24,353 bases of DNA from a virus (lineage: Duplodnaviria > Caudoviricetes): IMG/VR virus record IMGVR_UViG_3300020370_000030, positions 1-24,353 of that record; one strand, 5' to 3'. Position 1 is the first letter of the stretch, and every line of letters starts with the position of its first letter. The notes under the pieces are model-generated. The model was given only the letters and a program-made list of their open reading frames with translations, searched no databases and was not told the DNA's origin. Shown in pieces: positions 11,620-23,600 of this stretch. The position numbers were made by a program, and so were the translations under genes.

Positions 11620-14600
11620 ATGAGCATAGAATTTGACAGAAGAGTACAAGTCAATAAAATAATTGAAAGTCAGTTACCAGAATTTGTGGTAGCTGATTTT
11701 CCATTAGCAACTGATTTTTTAAAACAATATTATATCTCTCAGGAGTATCAAGGTGGTGCTACTGATTTAATTGATAATTTAGATCGATATCTTAAGGTTG
11801 ATAATTTAGTTCCAGAAGTTATTACAGGAACGACTACTTTACCTGCAGATATTGCTGCTTCTGATACAACTATTACAGTTGCTTCAACTAAGGGATTTCC
11901 TAGTTCTTATGGTCTTATTAAGATTGATGATGAAATAATATCATATACAGGTAAAACAGATACTACCTTTACTGGTTGTATACGTGGATTTAGTGGTGTA
12001 AGTGGATATAATGTTGGTATTTCGTCTTCTTTATTGGATGTTAATAAAGAAAGTTTAGTATTCAATGAAACTAATGCCTCTTCTCATAATATTAATTCAA
12101 TAGTCACTAATTTAAGTGTATTATTTTTACAGGAGTTTTATACTAAAATAAAACGAACATTTTTACCAGGTTTAGAGGATGAGACATTCCATCCTGGCAT
12201 TGATGTTGGTAACTTTATAAAGAATGCTAGATCATTCTATCAATCAAAAGGTATTCAAGAGTCTATAGTAATACTATTCAGACTTCTTTATGGTGTTGAT
12301 GCTCAAGTATTAGATCTTGAAGAACGTTTAGTAAAACCATCAACTGCTGAATTTATTCGTAGGGAAATTGTTGTTGTAGAAGCAATCAGTGGTGATCCAT
12401 ATAATCTAGTAGGACAAACAATATACAAATCAAGTGATTCTCAAACTAATGCTTCTGTATCTGAAGTTGAAATTATATCAAGAGAAGGTAAAACCTATTA
12501 TCAACTATCATTATTTGTTGGATTTGATGATAGAGATACAATTCAAGGAACTTTTAGTATTCAAGCAAAAAGTAAAATTTTAGAAGCAGTTTCTATTGGA
12601 TCATCTATCATATCTGTAGATTCTACTATTGGTTTTGGTAATACAGGTTCACTTATTGCTCAAGGTCAGCATAATGTTATTAATTACACTAATAAGTCTA
12701 TAAATCAATTCTTTGGGTGTTCTAATGTTATTAACACTATCGACCAAGGAAATGGCATAAAAACTGAAGAGAATGTATATGGATATGAAAATGGAGATAT
12801 ATCCAAGAAGTGTGAAATAAGAATTACTGGGGTTCTATCTGAATTTGTTCCTGGTGAAGATATATCATTAGTTTCTGAAAATGAAGAGATTTCTATAAAA
12901 AATGTTGGTGAGGTTATATTAAACACACCAGAAATTACTCAATCATATAAGGAAGTTTTTGCTAATAGTTGGATCTATAATACTAGTTCTAGGTATCAAG
13001 TTGCTAGTATACAATCTGGTCAAACATCATTTACTTTACTAAGTGATATTGATAAATCCAGTTTAAAGGTTGGTGATAATGTCAGCTTCTTGAGAAGAGG
13101 CACTATGACAGTAGTTGGTGGTGGTATTATCAAAAGAATTGATTCTTCCACTGTACTAACTCTAGATGGACTATCATTTATTACTGGGGAACCAAATTCT
13201 GGTGCTAAGTATGATTTAAGAAGAAATTTAAATAAGGTAAAAACTACTTCTTCAACAACAACATCTGGAACTTCAATTGGTATTGGAGCATCAAATAGTG
13301 TTATTCTTTCTGATACACTAAACGTTTATGTTGATAGTGATAAAGATGGTTATGCTGCTTCTAACTCATTACCAAGTCGTCAACTTAAATTAAGTCAGTT
13401 TATATCGGAATTATATTATCCAGATCACGGATCAAATGTACAAGATCAGCAGATTGGATCAGCTTCTACAAACTTTACTCAAACAGATCCTATTAGTGGA
13501 TTAGTTTATGATTTTAGTGCTTTTAAATTAGACACTGCTACAAAATTTATTACTGGAAATTCAGTAATTTATCAAGTAAGAGATTCTGCAGGTGATGTTG
13601 GAATTCCTTTCAATGGATTAAATGATGGTGAAACTTATTATGTTAGTGTTGCTGAAGGTTCAGATAGAAAAACTATAAGTTTATACAATTCTATTAGTGC
13701 TGTTGGTAGTGCTAGTAGTGTTACTTGGAATGATCCAGTTGGAGCAGGTGGTACACATGTTCATAGTTTTATTCTAAAGGATCATTATCAAAGACAGTTA
13801 TATGAAAATAGAATTTTAAGAAAATTCCCATTATCTCAAGATCTAAGTGTTACGACAGAGAAAGATGTACCAGTAAATGATATTGGTATCTTAATAGATG
13901 GAGTACAAATAAGATCCACTATAGCAAATGAAACAATGACATATGGTCCTTTGACCACTGTTGATGTGTATAATAGTGGTACTGGATATGATGTTGCTAA
14001 TCCCCCAAAATTATCCATAGAAGCACCATTAGATTCAAATGGTGAAACTGCTTATGCAGAACCAATCATTAAAGGATCTGTTAAGGAAGTTCTTGTAGAT
14101 TCTCAAGATTTTGATATTGATAAAGTTTTATCGATAAGCTTAACTGGTGGTAATGGTAAAGATTGTTTATTGGAACCAATTACTGGACCAAGATTTAGAG
14201 AAATTCAATTTGATAGTAGAGATATATTCTTCTCAGGTGGATTAGACATACAAGAAGAAACAATAACATTTAAATCTAACCATAATCTTGTTGATGGTCA
14301 GAAAGTTTATTATAGTAGTAATGGTCAAGATTCAGTAGGAATAACCAAATTTAAAGAAGTTAGTAATGTTATTACTGAATTTTTAGTTAATGGTGCACCA
14401 TATTTCGTTAAAGTTATTAATCCAAGAAGAATATTCTTATTTAAGACTGAAGCAGATTCTATGTTTGGTATCACTGGTATCAATACAATAGGATTTTCTA
14501 CAGCAACAAATGCTGCTGGTTTCCATAAGTTTAGAACAGAATCTAAAAACACTCTAAGGAAGGTTAAAGTATTAAATTCTGGTTATGATTTCCAGTATAG

Positions 14601-17600
14601 AAAATTACCAGTAAGTCCTTCAGGAATTTCAACTGCTTTTGATAGTATTAATTTTAATAATCATGGGTTTAGGGATGGTGATTTAGTAGAATACTCTACT
14701 ATGGTTGGAATAGGAACAACCCAACCAAAAGCAATTCAGGGTTTAGATGCTACTCATTCATATAAAGTTATAAAATTAAATGATGATTCATTTAGATTGG
14801 CAGATGCTGGAATTGGTGGAACAATAACCTCAAATTACAAAAGAGGTAATTATGTTGGTTTAGGATCTACTGGTACTGGTTATCAAGTATTTAAATATCC
14901 AGATATAAAGATAGATGCCAAAGTATCATTTGCATCATCTGTTACAGGAACATTTAATTTCACACCTATAGTTACTGGTGAGATAATAGGTTCTTATCTA
15001 TATGATGAAGGTAGTAAATATGGATCAAAAATTTCTGGACATTATTTCAATCCTCAAGTAACAATACAAAATGGAAGAACTGCTGAAGTAAAACCAATAA
15101 TTGAAGATGGAAAAATTATTGATGCTTTTGTAGTTAATAAAGGAAAGGAATATTGGTCATTACCTGAACTTACTGTAGTTGGTTCTGGAACAACTGGAAG
15201 TGGAGTACAATTAAAACCAGTTATTAATGAATTGGGTCAATTAGATGATATAATAGTAATTAATCCTGGTATTGGTTATTCTACAAATACAAGTATATTT
15301 GTAGAACCTAGAGGTACTGGTGGATTATTAAACGCAAAAATAAGAAAATTATCTATTGATAATTATCAATGGCAGGGAATAGATCATCTTGAAAATCTTA
15401 ATAATGATTTATTACAATATAGTGTTCATGCTTACAATCAAGAGATAGCAGATTCATTTAATGATATTGGTGGTGTTACTAATGCTGGAGTAGGAACTCA
15501 TTCTGCTTTAATTGGATGGGCATATGACGGTAATCCAATATATGGACCTTTTGCCTATAAAGATCCTAATGATATTAACTCTGGAATAAAGAGAATGGAG
15601 TCTAGTTTTAGTGTTAATACTTCATATCTTGATAGACCATCTACAGGAGAATATCCTTCTAAGTTCTTTATTGAAGATAATGTTTATGATGGATCTGGTG
15701 ATTTAGATATCCATAATGGAAGATTTGGTAAAACTCCAGAATTTCCAGATGGTATATATGCATATTTTGCGACTAGAGATGACAATGATAATCCAGTATA
15801 TCCATATTTTGTTGGTCCAACATATAGATTACCATATATTGAAGAAAATACTACATTAGATCAATCATTTGATTTTAATAACTCTAATCTTTCTAGAAAT
15901 ACATTCCCATATAAAGTTAATGAACCATTTGCTGACAATGATTTTATTATAGAATCTAATGAATCAGTTAAGCAAAAATCAATTGTCGAATCTGTAACTA
16001 GAGGTGTAGTTGATAGTTTCCAGATATTGGATGGTGGTGATGGTTATAAAGTTGGTGATTTCACAGTATTTGAGGATGATGGTACTAATGGTGTAGGTGC
16101 TAGAGGTCAAGTTGATGAGATAGTTGGTATCGGTGTCTCTAGTATCAATACAGTATTAACATCATTTGATGAAGCAGTATTTGTTTGGGAATCTGCTGAT
16201 ACTGTTACTGCTCATCATTTACCAAACATAGAGTTAAATGATAAGGATACAGTATTAATATCTGGTTTGAGTACAGCAAATTATAAGTTAAACAATTCAT
16301 TTAGTGTTGGTGTTAGTACAGATGTTATTGGATTGGCAAAAACAATGTCAGTCAATAATAATAGTGCTGGTATTACTGAAGATATTTACGTTAATTACAT
16401 ACCAAATACAGTTTCAATAGGTGGATCTCTTAGAGTAGGTGATGAAGTATTGAAGGTATTGAACCTTTATAAGGTAGGATCTATTATTAGAGTATTCAGA
16501 CCTTCATCGGGCATTGCTCATACTCGTGGGTCTACACTTGATGTATTAAACACAAAAATATCCATTCCTGTTAAAACAACTCCATTTGTATCTGATCTTA
16601 ATAAGTCTGAATATTTTAATGGAACTATATCAGTTGGTATCGGTACTACATCAGGAAGTGTCATTGATTATGCTATAGGAGAGTCTACAAAGTCAATTAA
16701 TGTCCCACCACAAAGCATTTATTTACCAGGACACCCATTTAAAGGTGGAGAAAAGGTTACTTTAACAAAGAGACCTGCTAAATCATCATTCTTAGTAGGT
16801 AGAACAGTTGATGCTGCAAATCAATTCTATGTTCCAAATCAAACAACTTCTACTACAGATCTTTATGTTGTAGATAAAGGAACTGATTATATTGGACTTG
16901 CTACCAATGTTGGAGCAGCAAATACTGAAGGTGGATTATTCTTCTTTGGAAATGGTGATGATGACTATCAATATCAATTGGAAACTAATTTTGAACAGTT
17001 AACTGGAAATATTGATAGAATAGTTTCTACAGTAACGACTAAGATTGGTGCTGCTAATACAACAACTCATGGACTACAGAATGGTGATAAGATTAGTCTT
17101 AATGTTGTACCAAATACTACAGTAGGATTAGGTACAACTTCACCGTTAGTTTTAGATTATAATGAACAATATGAGAAAATATTAATTAATACTGTAGGTT
17201 TTGAGTCTCCTGACGTTAATATTCTTAATAATTCAATAACAATTACCGATCATGGGTATAAAACTGGGGATAAAGTATTTTATGATAGCACTGAAGTAGC
17301 GGCTGGACTTACTACAGGATGTTATTATATTCATGTATTGGATTCAAATACATTTAATCTATCAGAAACTTATAGTGATACATTCTTAACTCCACCATTA
17401 TTTGTTGATATTACTGGAATAGGTGGAAATTATCACAAACTATCTTTAGTTAACCCTAAGATAGATGTAGTTAAAAACTCTAAGTTAACATTTGGTGTTG
17501 GATCTACTAATTTAGCAGGTTATAATCTTAAATTCTTCTATGATCATGAATTTAAAAATGAATTTGTAACTGCTGGTGATCTTAATGAATTTAATGTTAG

Positions 17601-20600
17601 TGGTATAGGAACAATAGGTGTTGGTACATTCTTATCCAGTCCTGTCGTTGGTGCTGCAGTATCAATAGGATTCTCGACAGCAGTTCCTTCTATTTTATAC
17701 TATGCTTTAGAAAAAGGTGGATATATTAGCACTGCTGATAAAGATGTAAAAAATTATTCACAGATAGTATTTACTAATAGTAAGTATTCTGGTAATTATA
17801 ATATATTTGACGCTACGACAGAGACATTTAAGTTCTCTCCTAGATCAATTCCAGAAGTTCTTAAATATGAAGAAGATCAATGTGATAAGTTAGAATATTC
17901 CAGCAAATCTGGAAGCGTAGAAGGACCTATTAAGAATATTAGATTAATTTCTGAAGGATCTAGTTATAAGAAACTACCAAAATTCCTTTCAGTTAATAGT
18001 GTAAGTGGTTCTAATGCTAATATTGTAGCAATATCAACATCAATTGGTAGAATTAATGATTTAAGGATAGTTGATGTTGGATATGAATATTCTTCAGATA
18101 GAACTTTAAGACCAGAAGCATTTATATCACCAGTTGTTAGAGTTGATGATTTAGACTTTATTGATAGTGTTTCTGTTCTTGATACTGGAACTGATTATTT
18201 AAATGCTCCAGATTTAATAATAATAAATCCTGAAACAGGTGAAGTTGTTGATGACACTTCATTAGAAGCAATAGTTCCTAACCAAGGTATTGCTGACGTT
18301 AATGTTATAGCACCAATAAAAGGATTAGATTCTATAACTCATAGAGTTGTATCTATTAATAATTCAAATGGAATTGGAATCAATTCTATGACTGTTATTA
18401 ATAACACTACTGCTAGATGTGTAATGGAGACACCAATTAATGGATATACTCAAGCACCATTTGCAGTTGATGATGAAATTTTTGTTGAAGGTATTCAGTT
18501 ATTTGGAGAGTCGGGTATTGGTACACAATCATCTGCTGCTAGTGGAATAGCAACAGATGGTGATGGATGGAATTCATCAAATCATGGGTATCAGTTCTTT
18601 AAAGTTAAATCTTATACTTCAGCAAATCCAGATATTTTAGAATTCGATCTAGCTGGAATAACAACTAATCCAGGAATTGCTAAAACATATCAATCAGGAT
18701 ATGCAAATATTATAAACAGAAATAAGTATCCAGTATTTTCTCCTGTTCAAAACAGATCTAAGTTCTCTATTAATGAACCATTATTGGTTAAAGAGAGTCA
18801 AACAAATACATTCCAATCTAAAGATCTTAAAGCAGTTGATGTTAGAGAAGACTTTATTAAAACATCAGGACTTCATGTTCTTAAAATTGGAGATAGAATA
18901 GCTGGTCAGTTTAGTGGTGTTACTGCTACAGTTACTGGAATTGTCGCAAATTCTGCTAAATTTAATGTTGATTTCTCAAATAGAAGAGAGATTGGGTGGA
19001 ATGATAATACTGGAGTTTTAAATGAAGATTTCCAAGTAACTCCTAATAATGATTATTATCAGAATCTATCATACTCTGTTAGAAGTTCTAAGGCATGGGA
19101 TGACTTTGTAGATCCTCTGAATAGGGTCATACATCCAGCAGGATTAAAGAATTTTGCTGATACGTTAATTGAGTCTAGTGTTGACGTTAGAGTGGGTCTA
19201 GGAAGCACTAGACCAGCAAGTGCAGTGGTTATTCTTGATGTATTTGGTGAGAGAAGAGTTGATACTATTAATGACTTTGATATGGTCATTGATTATGATG
19301 CTAGAGATAACAAATCCAAGTTTATTGATTTTAAAAATAGAAAATTAACAGACTTTACTAAGTGTAAAACTAATAGAGTACTAATACACGATGATATAAG
19401 TAGCAAGTTCTCCAGTAAAGGAAGTCAGGATGGATTTACTGAAATTGAAGAAATATCATCAAGGTTCTCGAAATATACAATACAGGTTGTTGATGCTGAT
19501 ACATTTGATACTCAAGTTAATGATATAGTAACATTAACTTCTACAAGTGATGCTTTCTTACTAGAAAGAACCAGTGATTATACTAATCAAGTATTGGGAT
19601 CATTTGATACTAAAGTCGATAGATTTAATAGAAAAACTTTAGAATTTACTCCTATTGAAAAATTTGAGAAAGATTATGACATTAAAGTTATTAAAACATC
19701 ATTTAATACAGATACAATATCTGATGGAATAAAGGAAATCGGATCTATAGATTTAATAGGTAAAAATGTTAGTGTTGCTGTAGCACAAACAGCAATGAGT
19801 GGCAATAATGTCATTGTTACTGGTAATACCACAACAAATATTTTACAATTCTCAGATACCGATTTTAACGGTTTCTTTGCTAATGTTTTAGTTAGAGATG
19901 ATGCTTCTGGTGAGATGGATTATAATGAAGTTATTGTTAATTTTGATGGTACAGATACTTATATTTCAGAATCTTATAGTGATGTTTTAGGTGTTACTTA
20001 TAGTTCTAGTTCCAACAGTAAAGTTGGAGTATTAACTGCTAGATATGATTCTGGCATAATTTACTTTGATTGTATCAATGATAGATCATCTAAATTAGTC
20101 CTTAGTGCAAATGTTGTTGGATTAGGAACTACAACTTCTGGTATCGGAACATTTAGATACCAAGTACCAGGACAACCAGACGGATCTGAAAGAACTGCTA
20201 GATTTGAATCAAATTATGTTACTACAGATAATGGCACATCAGCAACAATTACAACTATTGATAGGGTTGTCGATAGTACTATTAAAGCATTAGTAAAAGT
20301 TACTTCTGGACAAAATAGTGCTATTCATCAAGCATTACTCATTCAAGATCAGGATAATGATGCTATAAGTATTCAATACCCACACGTTTCAATTGGAGAC
20401 ATAAGTGGTATAGGAACATTTGGTACAGTTAGTGATCTTACCAATCAAAAGGTTAGATTGGAATTTTATCCTGATTCTGGATATAATTCATCATTAGTAG
20501 AAATTCAAGCATTTACTGAAATATTCCAGGCTGTAAATGATTTTGAAAATGAGCCAAGTCCTTTACAATTTGGTCCAGTATCATCGGAAGTTATAGTATC

Positions 20601-23600
20601 TGCTTATGATGGTATTAACGGTACTAGAGGAAATAGAATAAACTTTGATATTAAACATGAAGGAATTCCAGTATATTTCAAGAAATTTAATCCTGCAAAT
20701 GATACTCAGGTTATTAATTCAACTGGAGCAGGAACTACATTCAGTATACCTAGCCATTTCTTTAATACAAATGAAGAATTAACATATAAAGCAGCATCTA
20801 CATTTGTTGGTGTTTCTCCTGTTTCTGTAGGTATTGCTCAAACAGCAGATAATGAAGGTAATTTAGTTACTATTATGCCATCAAAAGTATTTGTCAAGGC
20901 ATTAACTCCAGATACTTTCCAATTATTCAGTAAGAAAGAATATATTGCTGATGGTAAACCAATTGAAGTAACCAATGTTGGTTCTGGTAATGCTCATAAA
21001 CTTGAAATGGCTAATAAGTTGAGTAAAACTGTTATTGGTCTTGATGGTATTATTCAACAACCAATTACATATACTTCAATACAACATACACTTTCTAATG
21101 ATATTGGAATAGGTATTTCTCAATTTAGTTTAAGTGGTATTAGTTCAGTACAACCAAGAGATGTATTGAAGATTGATGATGAATATATGAAGGTTGTTGA
21201 AGTTGGATTTGCTACAGAAACAGGTGCAATTATTAATTCATTTGATGGAACCATACCAGAAGTTAAAGTACTTAGAGGATCTCTTGGTGTATCTGCTGGT
21301 GTTCATACTGCTACAAGTAAGGTTCAGGTACATAGAGGATCATTCAATATTGTTGACAGCACACTATGGTTCTTAGATCCACCTAAAGGTAATACTAGAA
21401 CTAGAAGAGATGCTACCAATCTTCCATATGTTAAGGCAGAATTTAGCGGTAGAACATTCTTAAGAACAAATTATGATACTAATATGGTATTTGATGATAT
21501 ATCAGATTCCTTTACTGGTATTGGAAGAACATATACTTTAACTGTTGGTGGTGCTAACACATCTACTGGTGTTGGTGTAGGAAATGGTATTTTATTCATT
21601 AATGGAGTATTCCAGACACCACTAACACTTAATAACTTAGGTAATAATTACGAAATTGAAGCAGATGTTACTGCTGGAGTTTCTAGTGTAACATTTACTG
21701 GAATTAGCTCTGAAAATGGTCAATTAATTCAATCAGAATTCGATATTAACCAAAACCAAGTACCAAGAGGTGGATTAATTGTATCTTTAGGTTCTACTAC
21801 AGGTGTTGGATATGCTCCATTGGTTGGTGCTAGAGTTTATCCTAATATGACTAATGGTGCTATTACCAGTCTTGTTGGTATGGGCAAATCAGTTGGACCT
21901 ATAGGTTCTGGTATAGAAACTGCAAATTATGATAATAATACTGGAATTATTACAGTTACAACTAATAAAGTTCATGGATTTGGTTTAGGTACTCCTGAAA
22001 CAGTTAAGTTAGAAGATTTTGAATTTGTTTGTCCAACCAATATTGTTGGAAAACCTGAGACAGGAACAACATATGATCCAGCAACGGGCGATATGGTGAT
22101 AAAGATTACTGGTCATGGTCTTTCAAATGGTGATTCGATTAAGTTAGAGAAAGAATCAATATCATTTAAATGTCAGTATGGTGTAAATTCGGCACATACA
22201 TGGGCTGGTGGAACATCATCCGATGCTATTACAATCACTGCTGGTAATGTTAAGAAAGATGTAACGACTGCAACATATGATCCTGCTACTGGTCTATGCG
22301 TAATGACCATAGGAACACATACTTTCAGTACTAGCGATACAGTTACAATTGGTGCTAATAAGTTATCTTTTACTTGTACTGCTGATAGTAATACTGCTAC
22401 CAAGACATATCCTCGCACAACAGACCCTGCTTATAACACTGCTATCGCAATTACTGCTGTAGATCAATCTGGTGGCACTATTACTGTAGATGTTGGTGTT
22501 GTTAGTGGTAATGTAGCAAAAGCATACCCAAGAGAAACTGATCCTGCCTATGATAGGTATATGTACGTCTCTGACGTTACTTCAGATACATTTAAGGTGA
22601 ATGTATTGTTTGGTGTTACACCTACCAATACAGACGCACATACGTTCGTTTCGGCAACAACTAACGCTGTAAGAACAATTGGTGGTGGTGGATATGTAGG
22701 AGTTACTACAACAATATTCCAAGATCATGAAAGACCACTTCAATTAGTAGGAATCGTTTCTGAGAGATCCTTTGAAGTTAGAGCTGGAATTTCCACTATT
22801 CCACACGCATATGTGAAGGGTGGTTCAGTTTGGCGTTATGAAAATGAATTAACATTTGGATCTGGATATAGAGAACCAGTATCTATTGGAGTTACTGATA
22901 TTGCTTATACTCACAAATTTGTAAGTGCTGATACAGATTCTGTTACAGCATATACTGGATCGTTCATGGGTCAAAATTTAACACCTACAGATGCTGATTA
23001 TGATTCAGTCACAGGTGCTTATCTGATGACAATATCTAATCATGGAATACCAGGACCAGTTGATTTAACAGTTAATTCTGCTGAATATGATGCAAATGTC
23101 GGTATATTGACTGTAAGTGCTGGTACAAAATTTGATGTTAGTGATGCTACCTATAATCCTACTACTGGTATTATGGTATTGACTATTGGTACACATAGTT
23201 TAACTACCAATGATAAACTTAAGATAGAGGCAAATTCATTAACATTCAGTTGTGGATTTAATGGTGCTACTGGTACTGCTGCCCAGAAGACATATCCAAG
23301 AGCATCTGGTTCTGGTAATCCTAGCGGTGGACCTGACCCTGCCTATAACAATTTCTTAGATATAACTGCTGTAGATACTGTCGCTGGAACAGTTGCAGTG
23401 AAAGTATTAAATACTACTCCTTCTACTAATACAGATGTTCACACATTCGTAGGTGCTACTGCTGGAGCAGTGTTTGCTCCAAGAGTCTTCACTAATAATG
23501 AGCAAGTTTACTTTGAACAGAATTCAATCACATTTAAGTGTGCTATGGATAATAATTCCACTACACACACGTATCCAAGAGAAAGTGATCCATCAAATGG

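Noticed and set aside
9692-22418. Short ORFs within gp6 and gp7 (minus strand, and + strand 21194..21376)
   Set aside because: Antisense or off-frame shadows of long structural genes
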